64,000 nt of DNA from Candidatus Tayloriibacteriota bacterium (GCA_016215405.1 JACRJQ010000005.1:75560-139559), one strand, 5' to 3'. Counted from the first letter of the stretch, positions 1 to 9,363 are shown. Translations and numbers: made by a program. The notes: generated by a model not told the origin, from the sequence alone.

Positions 1-238
1 CACTCCTGCGTGGATAGAGCGGAGCGTCGCCCCGAAATCCTCGTTCTTGTCTCCCTTAAGGAACTTCCTGAGCTTCCGGCGGAGGCAGAACACGTCTATG
101 GTAAGTACGAGTATCAGGACTGCCAAAGCGCCGATGAGGTGTTCCACTTCGAGAATCATGGCTTACATACTAGCTTAGAACGGCTTCGAAGGCAATCTAA
201 GCGTTGTAATTCGCCCTTATTTTACATAGTATGGACGC

Positions 239-1423
239 ATGAGGCTTCCTTTATTCAAAAAGAGGCGGATATACGCCGATTGGGCGGCCACGACGCCCCT
301 GCATCCGAAGGTGTCTAGGGAGATGAGGTGCGCGCAGAAGGCGTGGGCGAATCCGTCGGCGATACACGCGGAGGGCGTAGAGGCGAAGAAGGCGCTCGAG
401 GATACGCGCGCGAAATGCGCGCGCCTCCTCGGCGTCCGGCCCGAAGAAGTCTGTTTTACGAGCGGCGGCACGGAGGCGAACGCGACGATCATTCAGGGGG
501 TGTTGCGCACGAAGATCGAGAATGGCGGGAAAGACATCCACGTCGTGACGACCACGATCGAGCACTCGTCGATCCTCGAGACCTTGAGGCTCTTCGAGTC
601 TCGCGGCGTTAAAGTCTCTTACGTCGCGCCTGACAAGGATGGGATCGTCTCTGCTCAGGAGGTAGTCAAGGCGATACGGCCCGAGACGGCGCTCGTCACG
701 GCGATGTTCGCGAACAACGAGATCGGGACTATCCAGCCTATCTCGAAGATAGGCGCTGCCATCCGCAAGATGCGGGCCGAGACGATGTCGGATTATCCGG
801 TCTTCCATACCGACGCCTCTCAGGCGCCTCTGTGGCTCTCGGTCGAGATCGAAGGGCTGCGCGCCGACGCCATGACCCTCGACGCCCATAAGATGCAGGG
901 TCCGAAAGGGGTGGGCGCCCTTGTCGTACGCGCTCGCGTCGCATGGGAGCCTCTTATGGTCGGAGGAGGGCAAGAGAGGGGCAAGAGGCCCACGACGGAA
1001 TCGGTCGAGCTCGCCGCCGGATTCGCCGAGGCGCTCTCGGTCGCCCAGGAGGAGAGGGGGCCGCGCGCGAAGCGCGCGGCCGGTATCCGGGACTACTCGT
1101 TCGATAGGATCTTGAGGGGGATTCCTGATGCGGTCATAAACGGCTCTCTCGATAAGAGGCTTCCGAATAACATCAACGTCTCGATACCTGATCTGTCAGA
1201 TCCCGAGCTCGCCGTGCTTTTCCTCGACCGGGAAGGCGTCGCCTGCTCGACCAAGAGCTCGTGTCTTAAGGGCGAGGAGGATTCCTACGTCGTAAAGGCC
1301 CTCGGCGGCGAGGGTTGGAGGGCCAAGAATACGCTTCGGTTGACGCTGTCACCCGATGCATCTCGCCGTGACGTAGATGTTATTGTGGAAGCGCTTAAAA
1401 AACTTCCGAAACAGCCGAAATAG
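239..1423 (+). CDS. Cysteine desulfurase (class V aminotransferase, IscS/NifS family)
   Basis: 394 aa. N-terminal ADWAATTP, TSGGTEANA and the PLP-lysine context DAHKMQGPKG are typical of NifS/IscS. Confidence 0.85.
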   Translation: MRLPLFKKRRIYADWAATTPLHPKVSREMRCAQKAWANPSAIHAEGVEAKKALEDTRAKCARLLGVRPEEVCFTSGGTEANATIIQGVLRTKIENGGKDIHVVTTTIEHSSILETLRLFESRGVKVSYVAPDKDGIVSAQEVVKAIRPETALVTAMFANNEIGTIQPISKIGAAIRKMRAETMSDYPVFHTDASQAPLWLSVEIEGLRADAMTLDAHKMQGPKGVGALVVRARVAWEPLMVGGGQERGKRPTTESVELAAGFAEALSVAQEERGPRAKRAAGIRDYSFDRILRGIPDAVINGSLDKRLPNNINVSIPDLSDPELAVLFLDREGVACSTKSSCLKGEEDSYVVKALGGEGWRAKNTLRLTLSPDASRRDVDVIVEALKKLPKQPK

Positions 1424-1438
1424 GATACTATATAGGGC

Positions 1439-2176
1439 ATGGAGCATCTCACGAAACAACAGATCGTACTTCTATGCCTTCTCGTTTCGTTCGTCTCGTC
1501 CATCGCGACGGGCATAGTCACGGTATCGCTTCTCGACCAGGCGCCTCCGGCCGTCACCCAGACCATAAACCGCGTGGTCGAGCGCACTATCGAGCGCGCA
1601 GGCGCGTCGGCGACGACGACCAAAGAGACCATCGTCGTCAAGGACGACCAGGCGACGGTCGACGCTATCGCGAAGGCTTCCAAGGCGATCGCGAGGATCT
1701 ATAACGAGGGCCGATTCATAGGCATCGGAGTCATCGTCTCCGGGTCGGGCAGGATCATCGCCCATACCGGCGATCTTTTCGGCGGCGCCATGGAAGCCCG
1801 CCTTGAAGGCGGCAACGTCGTCTCTGCCGAGCAGGTGTCGAGGGATCCGGTCACGGGCATATCCGTGTTCCAGGCGGAGCAGAGCTCCGACCCGAGGAGC
1901 GCTCGGGTATATTCCGCGGCTTCTCTCGCCGAGGCCTCTTCGCTGAGGCTCGGACAGGCGGTCATCGCCATCGGCGGGATAGACACGCCATCGGTCGCGA
2001 CAGGCATCGTATCATCGCTTGAGGGGACAAGGATACGCACGAGCGTTCGCGACCCTAGCTTTGACTCTCAGGCGGTACTTGTTAATCTCTTAGGCGAGGT
2101 CGTCGGGATGAAAGACCAGATCGACACGTCGACCTTCTCGGCTTCGAATCAAATAAATAAATATGCCACCCCTTAA
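1439..2176 (+). CDS. Membrane-anchored HtrA-fold (S1C-like) domain protein, probably non-catalytic
   Basis: N-terminal TM helix. Segments VIAIGGIDTPSVATGIVSSLEG and NLLGEVVGM parallel HtrA VIAIGNP..TSGIVSAL and GELIGIN, but no GNSGG serine motif. Confidence 0.4.
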   Translation: MEHLTKQQIVLLCLLVSFVSSIATGIVTVSLLDQAPPAVTQTINRVVERTIERAGASATTTKETIVVKDDQATVDAIAKASKAIARIYNEGRFIGIGVIVSGSGRIIAHTGDLFGGAMEARLEGGNVVSAEQVSRDPVTGISVFQAEQSSDPRSARVYSAASLAEASSLRLGQAVIAIGGIDTPSVATGIVSSLEGTRIRTSVRDPSFDSQAVLVNLLGEVVGMKDQIDTSTFSASNQINKYATP

Positions 2177-4868
2177 CCATTTCACGACCAAAGCGAAAGA
2201 AGCGATCAGGCGCGCCCACGAGCTCGCTATCGAGCGCGGGCAAAACCACGTGAATCCGCTGCATCTCCTCTCTGCCCTTATCCTGCAGGAGGAGAGCATG
2301 GTCACGGCCATACTCGAAAAGCTCGACGTCGACCTCATACTCCTTTCGGACTCGCTCGCGGAGTCTCTCGAGGGAGGCGGTCCGGCAGCGACCCTGTCGC
2401 AGTCCTACCAGCTCTATCTCACGCCCGAGCTCGCCTCTGCTATGGAGAACTCATCCAAAGTCGCGGCGGCCCTTAAGGACGAGTTCATATCGACGGAGCA
2501 CCTCTTTGTCGCTCTCCTCGAGGTGCCCTCTCCCGTGATCGAGATCATGGGCAGGTTCCGCGTGAACAAGCAGAACGTATTGAGAGTGCTCGAAGAGCTG
2601 CGCTCGGCGAAATCCACGGAAGCGGTCGCTTCAAAGAAGCCTCGCGCTCTCCTTAAGTACACGAAGAGCCTCACGAAGATGGCGACAGAGAACAAGCTCG
2701 ACCCCGTGATCGGCCGCGACAGCGAGATAAACCGCATCATTCAGATCCTTTCTCGCAGGACGAAGAACAACCCGATCCTCATAGGAGAGGCCGGCGTAGG
2801 AAAGACCGCTATAGTAGAAGGCCTCGCAATCCGCATGGCCCAAGGCGACGTGCCCGAGTCCCTTAAAGACAAGGAGCTCGTATCGCTCGATCTCGGCCTC
2901 CTCGTCGCCGGCACCAAATACCGCGGAGAGTTCGAAGAGCGCCTCAAGAACATCATGAAGGAGATCGAGAGGAGCGAAGGGAAGGTCATCGTATTCATAG
3001 ACGAGATCCATACGATCGTCGGCGCCGGAGCCGCCGAAGGCTCTATCGACGCGTCGAATATGCTCAAGCCCGCTTTGGCGCGCGGCGAGATGCGCGCGAT
3101 CGGGGCGACGACCTTGAAGGAGTATCAGAAGCACGTGGAGAAAGACCCTGCGCTCACGAGGCGCTTCCAGCCCGTATATGTCGCCGAGCCGTCCGTCGAG
3201 GATGCCATCGCCATCCTTCGAGGGCTTAAGGAGAAGTACGAGCTCTATCACGGCGTGCGCATCACCGACGACGCCATCGTCGCGGCCGTCAACCTCTCCG
3301 CCCGCTATATCTCCGACAGGTTCTTGCCCGACAAGACGGTCGACCTCATCGACGAGGCTGCGTCTGCGCTCAAGATAGCGCTCGAGTCCAAACCGCCTCT
3401 CCTCGAGGAGACGCATCGAAAGATCATGCGCCTCGAGATAGAGAGGGAGGCCCTGAGAAAGGAGATCGAACTCGCCAAAGACGAGAAGGAGGAGGCGAAG
3501 GCGCCGAAGTCGCGCATAAAGGCGATAGAGAAAGAGATCGCCGACCTGCGCGAGGAGACTCAAGAGCTCGAGCTCAAATGGAAAGGGGAGAAGGAGCTCC
3601 TCACGTCGATAAAGTCGATAAAGAAGGATCTCGAGAAACTGCGCCTCGAAGCCGAGGCGGCAGAGCTCAAGGCGGACCTCGGAAAGGCCGCTGAAATCCG
3701 CTACGGCAAGATACCTGCCCTCGAACGAGACCTCGACGCGAAGATGAAGAAGTTCAAGAAGCTCCAGTCCTCGCGCCGCATCCTCAAGGAGGAGATCACC
3801 GAGCAGGACATCGCCGACGTCGTCTCTAAGTGGACCGGCATCCCGGTGTCGCGGATGATGGAGGAAGAGGCGCAGAAGCTCATGAGGATGGAAGAAGAGC
3901 TCGGCAAGCGCGTGGTGGGGCAGGAAGAGGCGGTCAGAAAGATCGCCGACACCATCCGTCGCGCCCGCGCCGGCATCGCCGACCCGCAAAGGCCTATCGG
4001 ATCGTTCCTTTTCCTCGGGCCTACGGGCGTAGGAAAGACCGAGCTCACCAAAGCTCTTGCGGAGTTCATGTTCAACGACGACAAGGCTCTCGTCCGCGTC
4101 GACATGTCCGAATTCATGGAGAAGCATTCGACTTCGAAGCTCATCGGCGCGCCTCCGGGCTACGTCGGATACGACGAGGGAGGCTCTCTCACGGAGATGG
4201 TGCGCCATCGCCCGTATTCGGTGATACTCTTCGACGAGATAGAGAAGGCGCATCCGGAGGTGTTCAACATCCTCTTGCAGGTCCTAGATAACGGTCGCCT
4301 CACGGATACCAAGGGCCGCGTCGTGAACTTCAAGAACACGGTGATCATCCTTACGTCGAATATCGGCGCGCAGCATATCGATAAGATGGAGAAGCTCGGA
4401 TTCGCCTCCGACAGGGCCGACAAGGCGAAATACGAAGACGTGAAGGGCAAGGTCATGGAGAGCCTCAAGGACTATTTCAGGCCGGAATTCCTCAATCGCC
4501 TCGATTCCATAATCCTCTTCGACGTCCTCTCGCAGGATTCCATAAAGAACATCGTGAAGATCCAGGTCGACCAGGTCATAAAGAGGCTCGCCGAGAAAGA
4601 GATCAGGCTCGACGTCGCGCCTGCGGTCTGCGAATACCTCGCTAAAGAAGGCTACAACCCTCAGTACGGAGCGAGGCCTCTCAAGCGCCTTATCCAGGAG
4701 AAGATACTCACTCCAGTCGCCGGATTCATGATCTCGCAGGGAGTGGGCAAGGGAGGGTCTATCATGGTGGGAGTGAAGGCTGGAGAATTCACATTCGACG
4801 TCAAGAAAGGCAAGAGGCCGATCCCTCTTAAGGGCCTTGGGGAAGAAGAGGTGGAGAAGGTGGGGTAG
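2163..4868 (+). CDS. clpB: ATP-dependent chaperone ClpB (two AAA+ modules plus coiled-coil middle domain)
   Basis: 901 aa with two Walker A sites ([20 protein letters not shown]), a long coiled-coil insert and a Clp N-domain. The motifs read directly. Confidence 0.95.
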   Translation: MPPLNHFTTKAKEAIRRAHELAIERGQNHVNPLHLLSALILQEESMVTAILEKLDVDLILLSDSLAESLEGGGPAATLSQSYQLYLTPELASAMENSSKVAAALKDEFISTEHLFVALLEVPSPVIEIMGRFRVNKQNVLRVLEELRSAKSTEAVASKKPRALLKYTKSLTKMATENKLDPVIGRDSEINRIIQILSRRTKNNPILIGEAGVGKTAIVEGLAIRMAQGDVPESLKDKELVSLDLGLLVAGTKYRGEFEERLKNIMKEIERSEGKVIVFIDEIHTIVGAGAAEGSIDASNMLKPALARGEMRAIGATTLKEYQKHVEKDPALTRRFQPVYVAEPSVEDAIAILRGLKEKYELYHGVRITDDAIVAAVNLSARYISDRFLPDKTVDLIDEAASALKIALESKPPLLEETHRKIMRLEIEREALRKEIELAKDEKEEAKAPKSRIKAIEKEIADLREETQELELKWKGEKELLTSIKSIKKDLEKLRLEAEAAELKADLGKAAEIRYGKIPALERDLDAKMKKFKKLQSSRRILKEEITEQDIADVVSKWTGIPVSRMMEEEAQKLMRMEEELGKRVVGQEEAVRKIADTIRRARAGIADPQRPIGSFLFLGPTGVGKTELTKALAEFMFNDDKALVRVDMSEFMEKHSTSKLIGAPPGYVGYDEGGSLTEMVRHRPYSVILFDEIEKAHPEVFNILLQVLDNGRLTDTKGRVVNFKNTVIILTSNIGAQHIDKMEKLGFASDRADKAKYEDVKGKVMESLKDYFRPEFLNRLDSIILFDVLSQDSIKNIVKIQVDQVIKRLAEKEIRLDVAPAVCEYLAKEGYNPQYGARPLKRLIQEKILTPVAGFMISQGVGKGGSIMVGVKAGEFTFDVKKGKRPIPLKGLGEEEVEKVG

Positions 4869-4997
4869 AGGACTAAGGGGTAAGATTCTCCGCCTACGGC
4901 GGCAGTACAGGTTTCCTATTTTCTCAGACGAATACGTCTTCGAAAATATAGGAGAACCCTTTCGAATCCTGTCCGGACGCTCCGCTGGAGCGTTCTC

Positions 4998-5044
4998 TAC
5001 GCACAAATAGAAAACACCCATTGGGTGTTTTCTATTTGTGCGTA
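4998..5044. terminator. Perfect 22-bp stem with a 3-nt loop between convergent clpB and tRNA-Tyr; it overlaps the tRNA 3' end
   Basis: tacgcacaaatagaaaacaccc att gggtgttttctatttgtgcgta. It is a perfect palindrome and its last 6 nt belong to the tRNA acceptor 3' strand. Confidence 0.5.
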
Positions 5045-5122
5045 GGACAGGATTCGAACCTGTGAAGCCCAATGGGCGACAGATTTACAGTCTGTTGTAT
5101 TTGACCACTCTACCACCTACGC
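5039..5122 (-). tRNA. tRNA-Tyr (anticodon GTA), type II with long variable arm; no encoded CCA
   Basis: The reverse complement folds as acceptor GCGTAGG/CCTACGC, anticodon stem-loop ACAGA-CTGTAAA-TCTGT and T-arm CAGGTTCGAATCCTG. Confidence 0.9.
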
Positions 5123-5191
5123 GTTCGAGAACTCCACTACTCTAGCAGATTTTGGCCGTATCTCAAGCTCTGATATGCTACTATTCTCTTT

Positions 5192-6376
5192 ATGAAAAAT
5201 CAGCCTCTCCGCACGTGGGTCGAGATAGACTATGCCGCTATCGAGGGCAACGCGCGCGCCCTCCGGAAGATCCTGGGGGAAGAGGCTTCTATGATGGCCG
5301 TCGTAAAATCGAACGCGTACGGACACGGCATGGCGGATGCCGCGCGCGCGGCCATCAGAGGCGGCGCCGAGAGGCTCGCTGTGGACGAATTGTCCGAGGC
5401 GCTCGCGCTGCGCGCCACGGGCATAAAGGCGCCCATCCTCGTCCTCGGCTACACGCTCCCGGAGCTCTACAAGGCCGCGGCTCAGAAGAACATATCGATC
5501 ACCATCTCCTCCCTCGAATCGCTTCAGGGCCTCGCCAAGATGAAGCTTCCGAAGAGGCTCAACATCCATCTGAAGTTCGACACCGGCCTCTATCGGCAGG
5601 GGATACAGGAGACATATATAGAGCAATCTCTGCGCATACTGTCGGCGAAGGGGTTCCCTGCGGCGGTCGAGGGGGCGTACACGCACTTCGCGGTCATGGA
5701 AGACCCTTTGCGAGAGGAGTATTCGAAGATGCAGGCGAGGGCGTTCCGGAACGCGGTCGCGAAGCTCAAGGCGAAAGGCTTCTCGCCTCTGACCCACGCG
5801 TCGGCATCGTCAGGGATACTCTACTCGAAAGACTACCACTTCGATATGTCGCGCGCGGGGATCGCGCTCTATGGCCTCTGGCCTTCGCCAGAGATCAGGA
5901 AATGGACCGGCCACGCTGACCTCGTTCCGGCTCTTTCGTGGAAATCGATCGTCACCGAAGTGAAGCTCGCGCCCAAGGGCTCGAAGGTGGGCTACGACCT
6001 TACTCATGAGACCCTTCGGAATTCGCGCCTCGCCATAGTCCCTGTCGGGTACTGGCACGGCCTCCCGAGGAGCCTCTCGAACAAGGGTCAGGTCCTCGTC
6101 TGCGGCAAGCGCGCCAACATCGTCGGAAGGATATCGATGGATATGGCCATCATCGACGTCACCGATATACCGAGCGTTCGAGAGGGGGACGAGGTCGTCA
6201 TCATCGGCAGGCAAGGGAAGGAGACCATGCCGGCCGAAGAGGTCGCTGCGAGCGCGGGCACGATAAACTACGAGATCGTGACGCGCATAAATCCGCTTAT
6301 CCCTCGCATCCCCGTCGGGAGCAAGATCTATTCCCAGAAATCGAAGAGGCCTGCTGTGAGGCAGTATCATATATGA
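5192..6376 (+). CDS. alr: Alanine racemase
   Basis: PLP-lysine motif VVKSNAYGHG near the N-terminus. The 394 aa length fits alr. Confidence 0.9.
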   Translation: MKNQPLRTWVEIDYAAIEGNARALRKILGEEASMMAVVKSNAYGHGMADAARAAIRGGAERLAVDELSEALALRATGIKAPILVLGYTLPELYKAAAQKNISITISSLESLQGLAKMKLPKRLNIHLKFDTGLYRQGIQETYIEQSLRILSAKGFPAAVEGAYTHFAVMEDPLREEYSKMQARAFRNAVAKLKAKGFSPLTHASASSGILYSKDYHFDMSRAGIALYGLWPSPEIRKWTGHADLVPALSWKSIVTEVKLAPKGSKVGYDLTHETLRNSRLAIVPVGYWHGLPRSLSNKGQVLVCGKRANIVGRISMDMAIIDVTDIPSVREGDEVVIIGRQGKETMPAEEVAASAGTINYEIVTRINPLIPRIPVGSKIYSQKSKRPAVRQYHI

Positions 6377-6663
6377 TACCGATGAGGATAACCAAGAGAT
6401 ATGCGATGGGGCTTATGGCGGTAGCCGCTTTTTTCGATCTCCTATCCCTTATCCCCGGCTTTAACGTCGTGACGGCGATCGTGGGCCAGCTTCTCCTCGC
6501 TGGCCTTTTCAGGCTCAAGGGCGTGAATGTCTTCCGGTACAAGCAAGCCGTCACGTACGCCATAGCCACTCTGGTAGAGATCTATCCCGGGTCTAGCTTT
6601 TTGCCGTTCTTTCTCGTAGAGACGCTCGCTCTCATATCCCTCTCCTGGGCAAGGAGGGCCTAG
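6373..6663 (+). CDS. Small hypothetical membrane protein
   Basis: 96 aa with 2-3 predicted TM helices. It overlaps the alr stop by 4 nt. Confidence 0.4.
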   Translation: MIPMRITKRYAMGLMAVAAFFDLLSLIPGFNVVTAIVGQLLLAGLFRLKGVNVFRYKQAVTYAIATLVEIYPGSSFLPFFLVETLALISLSWARRA

Positions 6664-6721
6664 ATTTGCCCTTTTAGAGGGGCTGTGCTACTATCCCCCT
6701 ACATCATTTTGATTCATTCCC

Positions 6722-6877
6722 ATGTCGCAGGACCAACTTATAATCCTTAGGAACAAAGAGACCGGCGAGGTCTATCACACTCGCAAGAACAAGCGAAAGG
6801 TGGAGCGCAAGATCGAGCTTATGAAGTATTCGAAAGCGCTTCGAAAGCGCGTGAAGTTCAAGGAGTCGAAGAAATAA
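6722..6877 (+). CDS. rpmG: 50S ribosomal protein L33 (cysteine-free form); not in the supplied ORF track because it is under 60 aa
   Basis: Translated by hand as MSQDQLIILRNKETGEVYHTRKNKRKVERKIELMKYSKALRKRVKFKESKK (51 aa). The segment KIELMKYSKALRKRVKFKE matches the L33 C-terminal signature RLELKKYDP.LRKHVLHKE. A strong terminator follows. Confidence 0.8.
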   Translation: MSQDQLIILRNKETGEVYHTRKNKRKVERKIELMKYSKALRKRVKFKESKK

Positions 6878-6882
6878 AAATG

Positions 6883-6912
6883 AAAGCCGCCTATAGGGCG
6901 GCTTTCTTTTTT
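6883..6912. terminator. Rho-independent bidirectional terminator after rpmG
   Basis: aaagccgcc tatag ggcggcttt followed by cttttttt. Confidence 0.8.
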
Positions 6913-7124
6913 CGAGCGTTACTTTTTACGGGAGCGCTTCGCGGTCTTTTTCTTGGAGGCCTTCTTGGCCTTTTTGACCGTCTTGCCTCTTTTTACCTTT
7001 CGAACCATGTAGTTGGAGTTAGGCGGATAATGCGCACCTCGACTTACGTACGAGTGATCAAGGCACCTACTAATTGTAGTGCCTCTGCGCGCGAGCACAA
7101 TAGGGTTATGCACTTTTTCGCTCG

Positions 7125-7742
7125 TCAGTGATTGAATTGCTCTTGTTTGAATATGTGGGCGTCCTTTGGATCGCGGCCAGGAGAGAGGAGAACGATCTCG
7201 GAATTTCCGAAATGGAAGTTCTTGAGCGCGTCCTTCCAATCGATGCCATAGAACGCGGCGTAGATCATCTTGCCGATGTCGCCGTGACAGACGAGCAGGA
7301 CGTTGCCTCCTGCGCGCTCCTTCTGTACGTCCGAGATGAGCTTCTTCGCGCGCTCGATGAGATCGGGAAACGTCTCGGACCCCGGACATTCGGTCACGTA
7401 GGTGACCGTATTCGTCTTTATGATGTGAGGGGAATAGAGCTTTTCGATATCGGATATCTTCCTTCCAGTCATATCCCCGAAATTCCTCTCGATGAGACCG
7501 TCTCGCTTCTCAGGCTTATCGAGGCCTAGATGGTCGGCGATTATCTCTGCCGTCCTGTATGCCCTCGAGAGCGGGGAAGAATATATCTTGTCGAATCTGA
7601 TCCCGGTCTTCTCGAGGTGGAGGGCGAGGTTCTTCGCCTGTTCGATGCCGATCTTTGTCAAAGGGAGGTCGCGGTGCCCGTTGAGGATGCCGTTTACGTT
7701 GTCTTCGTTCTGGCCGTGGCGGACGAGGTAGATGGAAAGCAT
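7125..7742 (-). CDS. Histidine phosphatase family protein (phosphoglycerate-mutase-like)
   Basis: The N-terminus LVRHGQNEDN carries the RHG catalytic motif. Length is 205 aa. Confidence 0.8.
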   Translation of the reverse strand: MLSIYLVRHGQNEDNVNGILNGHRDLPLTKIGIEQAKNLALHLEKTGIRFDKIYSSPLSRAYRTAEIIADHLGLDKPEKRDGLIERNFGDMTGRKISDIEKLYSPHIIKTNTVTYVTECPGSETFPDLIERAKKLISDVQKERAGGNVLLVCHGDIGKMIYAAFYGIDWKDALKNFHFGNSEIVLLSPGRDPKDAHIFKQEQFNH

Positions 7743-7768
7743 GGGGAGTGATTAGGAGATGAGGGAAT

Positions 7769-7788
7769 CGGTCCTTACAGGACCAGTA
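7769..7788. repeat. 20-nt hairpin-forming motif cggtccttacaggaccagta (copy 1 of 2)
   Basis: Exact 20/20 match to 14340..14359. Internal hairpin ggtcc-ttaca-ggacc. It lies between a minus-strand tRNA and the start of the next minus-strand gene. Confidence 0.7.
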
Positions 7789-7835
7789 CCCATGTTTGGA
7801 TATATTTTCGCCTATGGCTCAAATCTGTCTCAAAC

Positions 7836-7855
7836 AGGCTTCGATTCCCTCATCG
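7836..7855 (+). repeat. Sense-orientation partial copy (19/20 nt) of the tRNA-Trp 3' half, inverted relative to the real tRNA
   Basis: gcttcgattccctcatcgcc versus the tRNA 3' half GGTTCGATTCCCTCATCGCC. Together with 7911..7930 it forms a long palindrome with nested hairpins in between. Confidence 0.75.
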
Positions 7856-7910
7856 CCAAAGCAATGATGTTTCGCTCGGACGGCTACCCAGCCGTCCTTG
7901 CGAATCATTG

Positions 7911-7981
7911 CGGGCGATGAGGGAATCGAACCCCCACCAAGGCGTTTGGAGTGCCTCGTTCTACCATTAAACTAATCGCCC
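7911..7981 (-). tRNA. tRNA-Trp (anticodon CCA); no encoded CCA
   Basis: Reverse complement GGGCGAT..D-arm..AGGCA-CTCCAAA-CGCCT..GGGGGTTCGATTCCCTCATCGCCCG. The anticodon loop CUCCAAA is classic Trp; there is one A-C mismatch in the anticodon stem. Confidence 0.85.
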
Positions 7982-8068
7982 GTATTCTGTTTTCAAGCCC
8001 TGATTTTATAGCACAAATCCGAGCTAATTGGAATTTCAATCCTTTCTGGGAGTACTATACTTACACCT

Positions 8069-9238
8069 ATGGAAACAGAGCCGCTCGCCCACAAGATAAG
8101 GCCAAAGACCCTCGACGAATTCGTGGGGCAGCGAGAATTGGTGGGGGAAGGGAAGCCCTTGCGCAAAGCGATCGAGGAGCGCCGCCTCTTTTCGTTCATC
8201 CTGTGGGGACCGCCCGGAGTGGGCAAGACGACCTTGGCGAAGGTCTACGCCGGCGCGCTCGACGCGCGCCTCTACGAGCTCTCTGCCGTGTCCGCAGGTA
8301 AGGACGACATAAAGAGGATCATGGACGAATCGTCGCTTCTCGACGCCCGGCCGAAGGTCCTTTTCCTCGACGAGATACATCGCTTCAACAAGGCGCAGCA
8401 GGACTTCCTCCTACCCTTCGTCGAGTCGGGGCGCCTCACTCTTATCGGCGCGACCACCGAGAATCCGTCGTTCGAGGTCAACTCGGCGCTCCTCTCCCGT
8501 TGTCGCGTATTCGTGCTCAAGAGCCTCTCCGAGGACGAGATACGCCTCATCCTTAAAAGGACGAAGATCAAGATCCCAAAAGACGCGCTCGACTGGCTCG
8601 CGTCCCTCTCGAACGGCGACGCTCGGATCGCCCTCTCCGCCCTTGAGAACGCTCGCGCGCTCTACGGCAAGGTCACTTTGGATAACCTCAAGCAGGCGTT
8701 CGAACAGGTATTCATACGCTTCGACAAGAAAGGTGACGAGCATTACGATACGATATCCGCGTTCATTAAATCGATGCGGTCTGGGGATGCCGATGCGGCG
8801 CTCTACTATCTCGCGCGCATGATCGAAGGCGGGGAAGACCCTAAGTTCGTCGCGAGGAGGATGGTCATCTTCGCTTCCGAGGATGTAGGTCTCGCACAGC
8901 CCACCGCGCTCGTCGTTGCGAACGAGGTCTTCTCGGCCGTCGAGAACATCGGCTTGCCCGAGGCTGCCATAAACCTCGCGCACGGCGCCGCGTACCTCGC
9001 GCTCGCCGCAAAGGATCGCTCTTCGTATGACGCCTACTTCGAGGCGCTCGCCGACGTGAAGCGATTCGGCAACCTGCCTATACCTATGAAGATAAGGAAT
9101 GCGCCGACGAAGCTTATGAAAGAGCTCGGCTACCATAAGGGGTACGAAAAGTACGACGCTGGCTCGTATCTGCCCGAAAAGCTGAAAGGAAAGGCCTATC
9201 TAAAGCGGAAAAATAGAGAGAAAGAGGATAGATCCTAG
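8069..9238 (+). CDS. rarA: Replication-associated recombination protein A (AAA+ ATPase RarA/MgsA)
   Basis: Walker A LWGPPGVGKTTLA, the RarA-type N-terminus IRPKTLDEFVGQ, and a C-terminal MgsA helical domain. Confidence 0.9.
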   Translation: METEPLAHKIRPKTLDEFVGQRELVGEGKPLRKAIEERRLFSFILWGPPGVGKTTLAKVYAGALDARLYELSAVSAGKDDIKRIMDESSLLDARPKVLFLDEIHRFNKAQQDFLLPFVESGRLTLIGATTENPSFEVNSALLSRCRVFVLKSLSEDEIRLILKRTKIKIPKDALDWLASLSNGDARIALSALENARALYGKVTLDNLKQAFEQVFIRFDKKGDEHYDTISAFIKSMRSGDADAALYYLARMIEGGEDPKFVARRMVIFASEDVGLAQPTALVVANEVFSAVENIGLPEAAINLAHGAAYLALAAKDRSSYDAYFEALADVKRFGNLPIPMKIRNAPTKLMKELGYHKGYEKYDAGSYLPEKLKGKAYLKRKNREKEDRS

Positions 9239-9363
9239 CCCGTTCGCCAGACAGGCGTCTGCGCGAGGGCGGCGCCTTTACGCTGTACACATATCGTCCG
9301 TATCATTTCCTATCTTATAGCGGTACAATAAATAGCAAGCCAGTTAAAAGCACAAAATTTAAG

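Noticed and set aside
2631-4253. 540-aa minus-strand ORF antisense to clpB
   Set aside because: Arg/Leu/Glu-rich antisense shadow ORF of a highly conserved gene. Typical of high-GC DNA.
5011-5036. Shared 12-mer gggtgttttcta between the clpB/tRNA-Tyr palindrome and the hairpin at 58114..58140
   Set aside because: A single short match with different flanks, probably chance. Mentioned only in the 57947..58302 finding.
6919-7389. 156-aa minus-strand ORF overlapping the histidine-phosphatase gene
   Set aside because: Overlaps 7125..7389 of a well-supported gene in another frame. Only its last 29 codons (6919..7008) are discussed as a possible micro-ORF.
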